Positions 10,171-18,899 of a stretch of 64,000 nt of DNA are shown in pieces. This DNA comes from Ignavibacteriales bacterium (GTDB taxonomy: Bacteria > Bacteroidota > Ignavibacteria > UBA10030). Below the pieces are notes generated by a model. That model saw only the letters and a program-made list of their open reading frames with translations, was not told where the DNA came from and made no database searches. The stretch's first letter is position 1, and every line of letters begins with the position of its first letter. The DNA is taken from NCBI GenBank assembly GCA_026390585.1, contig JAPLFP010000355.1, positions 12,779 to 76,778 on the forward strand. The letters run 5' to 3'. A program made the position numbers and the translations under genes.

Positions 10171-13100
10171 GTGACCACACCCAAAGAAATCGTCAAGCTT
10201 GTCGAGCGCTTCGACCACAACAGAGATCAATACCTCTCGGGCAAGTACAACGAGGCGCAACTCCGACAGGAATTTGTCAATCCTTTCTTCGCTGCTCTTG
10301 GCTGGGACATCGAGAACCGCCTGGGCTACGCCGAGCCATACAAGGAAGTCATACATGAAGATGCAATCAAGATCGGAAGCGCGACAAAGGCGCCAGACTA
10401 CGCATTTCGTATCGGGGGAACGCGAAAATTCTTCGTTGAAGCAAAGAATCCTTCCGTCAACCTCAAGGAAGACGCCACACCCGCCTTTCAGCTTCGCCGC
10501 TATGCCTGGTCCGCAAAACTGCCGCTGAGTATTCTAACAGACTTCGAAGAGTTCGTGATCTACGACTGTCGCACGAAGCCGCTCAGCAGCGACAAAGCCT
10601 CTACCGCTCGCGTGCAATACCTCACTTATAAAGAGTACATCCCGAAATGGGAGACGATTGCATCGGTCTTTTCGAAAGAGTCGGTCCTCAAGGGTTCATT
10701 CGACAAATATGCAGACTCTGCCAGGGGGAAGAAAGGCACGGCCGAGGTCGACGATGCGTTCCTGAAAGAGATTGAATCGTGGCGTGAGCTTCTGGCAAAG
10801 AACATCGCACTCCGCAACCCGAAACTCTCGCAGCCAGAGCTCAACTTCGCTGTGCAGCGTACCATTGACCGTATCATTTTTCTGCGCATTTGCGAGGACC
10901 GGGGAATCGAGCCCTACGGCCGACTCCAGTCGCTTGTCAACGGAGAGCACATCTATCGGCGACTGTACGAACAGTTCTACCGGGCAGATGAGAAATACAA
11001 TTCCGGACTTTTCCATTTCGAGGCGGAGAAAGGGCGGCCGGAGCTACTGGATGAGCTGACCCCCCACCTGCACATCGACGACAAGCCTCTCAAAGAGATT
11101 CTCGCGAACCTGTACTATCCCGATTCTCCGTACGAATTCTCCGTTCTTCCCGCAGACATACTCGGCCAGGTGTACGAGCAGTTTCTCGGCAAGGTCATAC
11201 GGCTTACCGCAGGACACCAGGCAAAGGTCGAAGAGAAGCCGGAAGTGAAGAAGGCCGGCGGTGTCTACTATACACCGACATACATTGTCGATTACATCGT
11301 CAAGAACACCGTCGGCAGACTCTTGGACCCCGAGCCCCCTCTCCTCGTGGGAGAGGGTGAGGTCGGCAAACGCAAAGCCGCGAAGCCCATCACCGGAGTT
11401 GGCAAGCTCATCGAACCCGAGCCCTCTCCCCCTTCACAAGGGGGAGACAAAGAGGCGGTCAGCAGCAAGCAACTCGCAAAGCCCTTGACACCAAAAGAAG
11501 CATCCAAGCTCCGCATACTCGATCCCGCGTGCGGCTCAGGCTCGTTCCTCATCGGGGCGTATCAATATCTTCTCAACTGGCACCGTGATTGGTACGAGAA
11601 GGACGGAGCGGAGAAACACGCAACCGGCAAGACCGCAGAGATCTTTCGCGGGCCAGGCGGAGAGTGGCGGCTCACGACAGCCGAGCGCAAGCGCATACTT
11701 CTCAACAACATTTATGGCGTTGACATCGATTCGCAAGCTGTGGAGGTAACAAAACTCTCCCTCCTCCTGAAGGTGCTTGAAGGCGAGAACGAGCAGACAA
11801 TTAGCCAGCAGCTGAAGATGTTCCATGAGCGTGCACTCCCCGACCTCGGCAGCAACATCAAGTGCGGTAATTCGCTCATCGGTCCCGATTTCTACGAAGG
11901 CAAACAATTGTCGTTGCTCGATGACGAAGAAAAAAACCGGATAAATGTGTTCGACTGGAAGAGCGAGTTCAAGGAGATCATGGATGCGGGTGGGTTTGAT
12001 GCGGTGATTGGGAATCCGCCGTACGGCGTACCGTTCTCGCCACAAGAGTTAGGCTACCTGAGCGTGAAATACAAGAAAGCCGCGAAATTCCCAGACAGCT
12101 ACTGTTACTTCATTATTAAATCAGTTGATATCCTACGTTTAAAAGGCGCGGTCTCGATGATCGTGCCCAACACCTTCTGTGATTTGGAAAATTGCGACGA
12201 TTTTCGCAAATGGCTCTTGACAGAATGCATGCTTGGAGAAATATGGCAAACCGGCTGGGCTTTCAAATCGGCGATAGTCGATACGTTGGTATTTCGAATC
12301 ACGAGGCAGACGGCTCGTGGAGCCTTAGAAGTCACAATAAAAATCGGAAACAGGAGCTACAAAAGGCTCTTGCAGGAATTTACCGAAAACGATCTCGCAA
12401 AGATAGACTATCGCAACACTCCTGACAATCAAATCATATTACGAAAAGTCACGAAGGACAGCATTCAGTGTGGTTCGCTCTGCACCATAAAAGCTGGTGT
12501 AAAAATGTATGAGAAGGGGAAGGGAATTCCCCCGCAAAGCGACAAGACCTTACAGGAGAGGCCCTATTCAAAGAAGGGCAAACAGCCGAAGGGCTGGAAG
12601 CCTCTATATAGAGGCGAGCATGTATCGCGGTATGCCTTGAGCACCACTGATGAATTCGTAGAGTATGGACCATGGCTTGCGGCTCCTCGCAGCGTCGAAT
12701 TGTTCGCGGGCCAAAAGATACTGATGAGAAGAACTGACGACAAGCTCCGAGCATGCCTCGAGTCCGATTCCGCAATTTGCGTCAACTCATGCCATGTGAT
12801 ACGACTGAAAGAGGGTTCGCCCGGTTCGTATTCACCTCATTATCTGCTCGGAATTTTCAACTGCAGATTATTGCAGCGCATCTTCGAACTGCAAAACCCT
12901 CAAATGGTTCAGAAGGTTTTCGCGGAAATAAAGGTGATTTATGTTGAGAGGCTACCTATCCGTGCAATCGACTTCTCCAATCCGTCCGACAAATCCCGTC
13001 ACGACAAGATGGTGCAGTTGGTTGAGCAAATGCTCTCGTTGCACAAGCAGCTTCCCGCGGCGAAGACGGAGCAAGAGAAGACTGTGATACAGCGGCAGAT

Positions 13101-13185
13101 CGAAGCAACGGATAAACAGATTGATGCATTGGTTTACGAGTTGCATGATCTAACAAAAGAAGAGATCGCCATCGTCGAAGGATAA
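10171..13185 (+). CDS. Type IIG restriction-modification enzyme (fused REase - N6-adenine MTase - TRD, Eco57I/MmeI/PglX-like)
   Basis: GTG start; DPACGSGSFL (motif I), IGNPPYG (motif IV), and a C-terminal YELHDLTKEEIAIVEG tail typical of this family; no separate MTase or BREX partner genes nearby. Confidence 0.8.
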   Translation: MTTPKEIVKLVERFDHNRDQYLSGKYNEAQLRQEFVNPFFAALGWDIENRLGYAEPYKEVIHEDAIKIGSATKAPDYAFRIGGTRKFFVEAKNPSVNLKEDATPAFQLRRYAWSAKLPLSILTDFEEFVIYDCRTKPLSSDKASTARVQYLTYKEYIPKWETIASVFSKESVLKGSFDKYADSARGKKGTAEVDDAFLKEIESWRELLAKNIALRNPKLSQPELNFAVQRTIDRIIFLRICEDRGIEPYGRLQSLVNGEHIYRRLYEQFYRADEKYNSGLFHFEAEKGRPELLDELTPHLHIDDKPLKEILANLYYPDSPYEFSVLPADILGQVYEQFLGKVIRLTAGHQAKVEEKPEVKKAGGVYYTPTYIVDYIVKNTVGRLLDPEPPLLVGEGEVGKRKAAKPITGVGKLIEPEPSPPSQGGDKEAVSSKQLAKPLTPKEASKLRILDPACGSGSFLIGAYQYLLNWHRDWYEKDGAEKHATGKTAEIFRGPGGEWRLTTAERKRILLNNIYGVDIDSQAVEVTKLSLLLKVLEGENEQTISQQLKMFHERALPDLGSNIKCGNSLIGPDFYEGKQLSLLDDEEKNRINVFDWKSEFKEIMDAGGFDAVIGNPPYGVPFSPQELGYLSVKYKKAAKFPDSYCYFIIKSVDILRLKGAVSMIVPNTFCDLENCDDFRKWLLTECMLGEIWQTGWAFKSAIVDTLVFRITRQTARGALEVTIKIGNRSYKRLLQEFTENDLAKIDYRNTPDNQIILRKVTKDSIQCGSLCTIKAGVKMYEKGKGIPPQSDKTLQERPYSKKGKQPKGWKPLYRGEHVSRYALSTTDEFVEYGPWLAAPRSVELFAGQKILMRRTDDKLRACLESDSAICVNSCHVIRLKEGSPGSYSPHYLLGIFNCRLLQRIFELQNPQMVQKVFAEIKVIYVERLPIRAIDFSNPSDKSRHDKMVQLVEQMLSLHKQLPAAKTEQEKTVIQRQIEATDKQIDALVYELHDLTKEEIAIVEG

Positions 13186-13386
13186 CCGCGCTCTATCCCC
13201 TCCCATTGACCCCCTCCTGCCTTCCCCTGTGAGGGGGAGTGTCTGCTTCGTCGACACCTGCCTTGCTCTGTAAAAAATCGGAACCACCACCAGTCCTCCA
13301 GCGAATTCTGCATTGCAGTTGAAGACAATTCTCCCGTCCTTGAACGGCATTCGAAACTCACTTGAAGGATGGAGAGGCAACGATAG

Positions 13387-14805
13387 ATGGTTGGGAGTAA
13401 TTTTGGGGGTGGCAAGCACATCGTTGCATCCTTCCTTCTCGTCGTATTGACCCTCCTCGTTGCCAGCGAAAGCAGCGCTCAGGTTCCCCTTCGCCAGAAG
13501 ATCGGCCAGATGGTGATGGTCACCATGACAGGCGACTCTCTTGACGGGAAAGCTTCACCCAGCGTCGACACCATGAAATCTGATCTCGCCAACGGCTTCG
13601 TCGGCGGGGTCATCATGTTCACCTGGAGCAACAACCTCAGGAATCCGCAGCAAATTGCCCATCTCACCAAGAAACTCCAGGAACAATCCTCTACTCCGCT
13701 TTTCATTTGCATCGACGAAGAAGGAGGGCAGGTCGCCCGACTGAGCGCCGCAAATGGATTTGCCAATACCCCATCAGAGTTCCAGCTGGGAAGCGCAAAC
13801 AACGAGTCGAACACCAGGGCAACGGCGTCAACCATGGCCGGGTGGTTTATGCAAACCGGACTCAACCTCAACCTGGCACCCGTCGTTGACGTCAATGTCA
13901 ATCCCAATAGTCCGGCGATCGGAGCACTCGGTCGCAGTTTCTCGTCGAATCCCGACATCGTCGCTGCCAATGCATCCTGGTTCATCGATGAGTTTCACAA
14001 GAAGAACATCCTTACAACATTGAAGCACTTCCCAGGTCATGGCAGCGCTGCGACGGACTCGCATCTTGGACTCGTCGACATCACCTATACGTGGTCGGAC
14101 AAAGAGCTCACTCCGTATCGACAGCTTCTGAGCGCAGGAAAAGTTGACGCGATCATGACTGCGCATGTGTTCAATGCCAAACTCGATAGCCTCTATCCGG
14201 CCACTCTCTCGCAGAAAATCCTCACAGGGATCTTGAGGAATCAGCTTGGTTACAATGGCGTTGTTGTAAGCGATGACATGAGTATGCAAGCCATTGTCTC
14301 ATACTACGGGTTTGATGATGCAGTCACACTTGCCGTGAATGCCGGCCTCGATATCCTTCTCTATACCAGCAACCTGCACGACGCCAGTTCTTCTCGGGCA
14401 AGACACGTCGTTGACCTCATCGAAAGAAAAGTCAAGGACGGGACGATCGACGCGAAGAGGATCGATGATTCCTACAACAGGGTCATGGCACTCAAGCGCC
14501 GCTCTATCGCCAGCGGAGTGGAGTTTGCGCTCTCGGCAGTGCCCGATCACTTCATTCTGAGAAACTATCCAAACCCATTCAATCCCTCCACAACGATTGC
14601 CATTCAGATCCCGCAGCGAGAGCACGTCAGTCTGAAGATCTTTGACCTGCTAGGCAGGGAGATTGTCACCCTCCTGGATGACAATGCCCCCGCTGGAACC
14701 AGGCTCGTCACGTGGAATGCGTCAAATCTCGCCTCTGGGATCTATATCGCACAGCTGAGAACCAGCCGGGAGATTCACAACCTCAAGATGGTGCTATTGA
14801 AGTAG
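13387..14805 (+). CDS. glycoside hydrolase family 3 beta-N-acetylhexosaminidase-like protein with T9SS C-terminal sorting domain
   Basis: KHFPGHGSAATDSH GH3 motif; C-terminal NYPNPFNPSTTI...GIYIAQL Por-secretion tail. Confidence 0.75.
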   Translation: MVGSNFGGGKHIVASFLLVVLTLLVASESSAQVPLRQKIGQMVMVTMTGDSLDGKASPSVDTMKSDLANGFVGGVIMFTWSNNLRNPQQIAHLTKKLQEQSSTPLFICIDEEGGQVARLSAANGFANTPSEFQLGSANNESNTRATASTMAGWFMQTGLNLNLAPVVDVNVNPNSPAIGALGRSFSSNPDIVAANASWFIDEFHKKNILTTLKHFPGHGSAATDSHLGLVDITYTWSDKELTPYRQLLSAGKVDAIMTAHVFNAKLDSLYPATLSQKILTGILRNQLGYNGVVVSDDMSMQAIVSYYGFDDAVTLAVNAGLDILLYTSNLHDASSSRARHVVDLIERKVKDGTIDAKRIDDSYNRVMALKRRSIASGVEFALSAVPDHFILRNYPNPFNPSTTIAIQIPQREHVSLKIFDLLGREIVTLLDDNAPAGTRLVTWNASNLASGIYIAQLRTSREIHNLKMVLLK

Positions 14806-14842
14806 AACCTATCTCAAAAACACACTAGGGAAAGAAAATAGT

Positions 14843-14995
14843 CTCACGCAAAGTCCCGCTCTGCAACGAGTCATTGCGAACGCTTTCTGCGAAGCAATCT
14901 GTCGATAGATTGTCCCGCTTCTGGATTCCGCTTATGAGCGGGATTCAGAGAGCGGAACTTCGTCGCTTCGCTCCTCGCAAAGACTGGAAGCTAGT
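14843..14995. repeat. MITE-like palindromic repeat, copy A (GTCATTGCGA...GCGAAGCAATC family)
   Basis: shares caacgagtcattgcga..ctgcgaagcaatc and ccgcttatgagcgggattc modules with the copies at 32060-32276 and 53765-53905. Confidence 0.7.
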
Positions 14996-15208
14996 TGTCA
15001 CTGCACCAAATATGTCTCTGCGCCCTTGGCGCCTATGCCCCGAAGGGGGTCACTTCGAAACGTGACATTTTTGAGATGACTTCTTGTATGTTGCTGTTGC
15101 GCACTTGCCTTTTTTTTCGTACCGTTTCGGGAGCGATCGGTTCTCCAACACCCACCATCCGTCGCTTCGAATTCCATTCCGTCAATCTCTCTTCGTCAGG
15201 AGTCCGTC

Positions 15209-18200
15209 ATGGCCCGCTCGTTCGCAATTCTGTTTCTTACAATATTGAGCTGCAACCTCTTTGCTGAATCCCCGAGGGGATACTATCGATTCCCGGCACT
15301 CTCAGCCGACAAGATCATCTTCACTGCCGAAGGTGATCTTTGGAACGTTGAAATGCGCGGAGGAATCGCTCAACGACTGACTTCTCACCTGGGAACAGAA
15401 TCAAACGCTTCCGTTTCTCCGGATGGAGTGCTTATCGCGTTCTCTGCACAATACGAAGGACCAACCGAAGTCTACACAATGCCCATTGATGGCGGCATAC
15501 CAACACGACGAACGTACGACGGCGAGACAGCGACGGTGATCGGATGGACGCTCGATGGGAGGATCATTTATCAAACTTCCCACTTCTCGACGCTCCCGAA
15601 CCGACAGCTTCTGACCATCGATCTCAAAGGCGGACATGCCGACGTGCTTCCGCTCAGCCAGGCAAGCGACGGAAGCTTCGATGAAAAGGGAACGACATTG
15701 TATTTCACCCGCCTCCCCTTTCAGGGCAGCCATACGAAACGCTACAAAGGTGGAACTGCTCAGAACCTCTGGAAATACGAGCTTGGGAAACCCGAAGCCT
15801 TGCCACTCACAGCAGACTTTCCCGGCACGAGCAAGACTCCGATGTTCTGGCATCAGCGCGTTTACTTCGCGAGCGATCGAGACGGTACAATGAACATTTG
15901 GTCGATGAATGATGACGGAAAAGACCTGAAGCAACTTACATTCCACAAAGGTTGGGATGTGAAGTCGCCTTCACTCCGGAATGGCAAGATTGTCTATCAG
16001 GTGGGTGCGGACATTTTTCTTTTTGATGTTGCCGCGAACGTCGAGAATCTCGTCTCCATTTCCCTTGCGTCCGATTTCGACCAGGAGCGAGAGAAGTGGG
16101 TAAAGAAACCCATGGAGTATCTGACCGCAAGCAATCTCTCTCCGAACGGCGACAGGATTGCTCTCACGGCACGCGGACAAGTGTTCGTCGCTCCAGCCCA
16201 GCAAGGAAGACTTGTGCAAGCCACGAAAAAGGGGACTGTCCGTTTTCGAAATGCCAGGTTCATGCCCGACGGCAAGTCGCTTCTCATGCTCTCTGACGAA
16301 TCAGGCGAGCTTGAATTCTGGAAGGTACCCGCCAACGGCGTCGGAGATCCGGAACAACTCACGAGGGACGGAAAGGTGTCTCGATCAGAGGGCGCCCCCT
16401 CTCCGAATGGAACAATGTTTGCATTCGACGACAAGAATGGGAAACTGTGGATCTACAATATCGAGGAGAAGATGATGATCGAGGTCACGACCTCGACAAT
16501 TGCTGGAGGAATCGTCGGTTTCAGCTGGTCGCCGGACAGCAAGTGGCTCGCGTTCGTCGCATCGGCTGATAACAACAACCAGCAGATCAAACTCTATCAT
16601 GTCACTGATGGAAACACCATTGTCCTTACGCGGGACAGAGTCGAAAGCTACAGTCCGACATGGAGCGAGGACGGAAAGTGGCTCTATTTCCTTTCGGATC
16701 GTTTCTTTCAATCCCTGGTCGGCAGCCCCTGGGGGGCCAGACAGCCTGAGCCATATTACGACAAGACCACGAAGATCTATCACGTTTCGTTGAAGAAAGA
16801 CGGACGTTCGCCCTTCCTCCCCACAGATGAACTGGCAGCGATTCAACAAGAGAAGGACAAGGAGAAGGAGAAGGACAAAGAGAAAGACAAGAAGAAGGAG
16901 TCCGACGATCAGAAGAAGGAAAAGAGTGTGGATGTCGTCATCGATCTCGAAGGGCTCCAGGACAGGATCTGGGAAGTTCCCATCTCCGCCGGCAACTATG
17001 GCAGCTTGACGATGAACGAGAAGAACCTCTTCTGGCAGGAATCGGACCCTTCGCAGAACTTCAAGACAAAGCTCGTAGCACTGGAGATTAAGAACAAGGA
17101 CATCGCATCAAAAACGCTGGTTGAAGATATCGGCGGCTACGAACTCTCGCGTGATGGTAAGAAACTCTTCGTTCAAAAGAGCGGCGATCTGTTCGTGATC
17201 GACGCCTCGTCGACGCCACCAACGGAAATGTCCAAGAGCAAAGTCAACCTGGACAACTGGACGATGACGGTCAATCCACGGGATGAATGGCGACTCATGC
17301 TTCGTGAAGCCTGGCGACTCGAGCGCGACTACTTTTACGACACGAAACTCCACGGTATTGACTACAACGGGCTTCTGGCAAAACATCTTCCGCTCGTTGA
17401 CCGTGTGACTGACCGCGACGAACTGAACGACCTCATCTCAAGCCTTGTCGGTGAGCTTGCAGCGCTTCACACATATGTTTTTGGAGGTGATCGACGAACA
17501 ACGCTCGATCAGGTATCCCTTGCCTCATTCGGCGCGCTCCTCACCCGAGACGAGACGAACGGAGGATACAGAATCCAGCATATCTACAAGGGCGATCCGG
17601 ATTATCCGGAAGTTTCGTCCCCCCTCATCAGGAACAGCCTCGACATTCACGAGGGAGATGTCATCAAAGCGATCAATGGTGTACCAACCCTTTCCGTTGC
17701 ATCACCGTATCTTCTTCTTCGCAATCAGCTGAATCAGCAGGTGCTCTTGAAGCTCAAGTCTGCCAGTACGGCCAAAGAGTTCGACGCCATCGTGAAACCG
17801 ATTTCACAAAACGAGGAATTCAATCTCCGGTACACTGAGTGGGAGTATACGCGGCGACTGCTTGTCGATGAAACCAGCAAGGGGGACATCGGTTACGTTC
17901 ATCTGCGTGCGATGGGAGGTGGCAACTATACGGAATGGGCCAAGAACTTCTACCCCATCTTCAATCGGAAAGGGCTGATCATTGACGTCCGCCACAATAG
18001 CGGTGGTAACATTGACAGCTGGATACTGGAGAAACTGCTGCGAAAGGCCTGGTTCTATTGGAAGAACCGCCAAAATCAGCCGACGTGGAACATGCAGTAC
18101 GCATTCCGGGGACATCTGGTGGTACTCTGCGACGAACGGACAGCCTCTGACGGCGAAGCCTTCACAGAGGGGTTCCGAAGACTCGGCCTTGGGAAGGTCA

Positions 18201-18502
18201 TCGGCACGCGGACATGGGGAGGCGAGATCTGGCTTTCAACCCGGCCATGGTTGCAGGACAAAGGATTTGCGTCTGCAGCGGAAATGGGAGTCTATGGCCC
18301 TGAGGGAGAGTGGCTGATTGAGGGACATGGTGTCGATCCGGACATCGTCGTGGATAACCTCCCGAAAGCGACCTTTGATGGTAACGATGTTCAGCTCGCA
18401 GCTGCGATCAAATATCTGCAGGAGCAAATCAAGCTGCACCCGATTGAAGTCCCTCCTGCGCCGCGATTCCCGAACAAGGCATTTGACTACGACAAGAAAT
18501 GA
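15209..18502 (+). CDS. tricorn protease homolog (S41 family, beta-propeller + PDZ + C-terminal peptidase)
   Basis: 1097 aa; N-terminal YRFPALSADKIIFTAEGDLW and the C-terminal S41 catalytic region ASDGEAFTEGF...GTRTWGG. Confidence 0.8.
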   Translation: MARSFAILFLTILSCNLFAESPRGYYRFPALSADKIIFTAEGDLWNVEMRGGIAQRLTSHLGTESNASVSPDGVLIAFSAQYEGPTEVYTMPIDGGIPTRRTYDGETATVIGWTLDGRIIYQTSHFSTLPNRQLLTIDLKGGHADVLPLSQASDGSFDEKGTTLYFTRLPFQGSHTKRYKGGTAQNLWKYELGKPEALPLTADFPGTSKTPMFWHQRVYFASDRDGTMNIWSMNDDGKDLKQLTFHKGWDVKSPSLRNGKIVYQVGADIFLFDVAANVENLVSISLASDFDQEREKWVKKPMEYLTASNLSPNGDRIALTARGQVFVAPAQQGRLVQATKKGTVRFRNARFMPDGKSLLMLSDESGELEFWKVPANGVGDPEQLTRDGKVSRSEGAPSPNGTMFAFDDKNGKLWIYNIEEKMMIEVTTSTIAGGIVGFSWSPDSKWLAFVASADNNNQQIKLYHVTDGNTIVLTRDRVESYSPTWSEDGKWLYFLSDRFFQSLVGSPWGARQPEPYYDKTTKIYHVSLKKDGRSPFLPTDELAAIQQEKDKEKEKDKEKDKKKESDDQKKEKSVDVVIDLEGLQDRIWEVPISAGNYGSLTMNEKNLFWQESDPSQNFKTKLVALEIKNKDIASKTLVEDIGGYELSRDGKKLFVQKSGDLFVIDASSTPPTEMSKSKVNLDNWTMTVNPRDEWRLMLREAWRLERDYFYDTKLHGIDYNGLLAKHLPLVDRVTDRDELNDLISSLVGELAALHTYVFGGDRRTTLDQVSLASFGALLTRDETNGGYRIQHIYKGDPDYPEVSSPLIRNSLDIHEGDVIKAINGVPTLSVASPYLLLRNQLNQQVLLKLKSASTAKEFDAIVKPISQNEEFNLRYTEWEYTRRLLVDETSKGDIGYVHLRAMGGGNYTEWAKNFYPIFNRKGLIIDVRHNSGGNIDSWILEKLLRKAWFYWKNRQNQPTWNMQYAFRGHLVVLCDERTASDGEAFTEGFRRLGLGKVIGTRTWGGEIWLSTRPWLQDKGFASAAEMGVYGPEGEWLIEGHGVDPDIVVDNLPKATFDGNDVQLAAAIKYLQEQIKLHPIEVPPAPRFPNKAFDYDKK

Positions 18503-18517
18503 CCTGAAAGTCCGATG

Positions 18518-18562
18518 TGACCGTCACCTACCTGCGAACTCTGCGTAAGGTGACGGTCATCT
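18518..18562 (+). terminator. hairpin after tricorn gene (tgaccgtcacc...ggtgacggtca)
   Basis: perfect 11-bp inverted repeat with a 19-nt loop immediately after the stop codon. Confidence 0.45.
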
Positions 18563-18899
18563 TACTCCGCGATTCGGCACGCTCAGCACACCCTTCGTCT
18601 TCGCTCGCAAACAACCCTCGCTTCGCTCAGGGTGTGACACGTCTTTTTGTGGGATGGTGGACCAAACAAAACCGTGACACATCCTGAGCGCCTGCCCGCC
18701 CGCCGACGTCCCGAGGACTTAGGCGGGCCCGCCAAAGCGGAGCGCAGGCGGGGAGGGAGCGCTTTTTGCGACCGGAGTCGAACCCTTCGACACCTCTTAG
18801 ATAATACTTCGAAGTCGCTCAGGGTTCGACCCCGAGTGTAGTCGAGGGATCGAAGGATGAACCAAGCCGGCCTTCATGTCTACGGATATCCTAAATCGG

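Noticed and set aside
10171-13185. BREX PglX interpretation of the large N6-adenine methyltransferase
   Set aside because: No brxA/B/C, pglZ or brxL genes are in the neighbourhood. The flanks are a peptidase and a glycosidase. A standalone type IIG RM enzyme is the more economical call.
18765-18835. tRNA-like GGGTTCGAC(C/T)CC T-arm motifs suggesting a tRNA or att-site remnant
   Set aside because: I could not build a cloverleaf (no matching T-stem or acceptor pairing) on either strand. No CCA context was found either.
18647-18841. 64-aa Arg-rich ORF in the tricorn/GH2 intergenic region
   Set aside because: Its composition (RRRPEDLGGPAKAERRRGG) is typical of translated GC-rich hairpin DNA, and it has no RBS.
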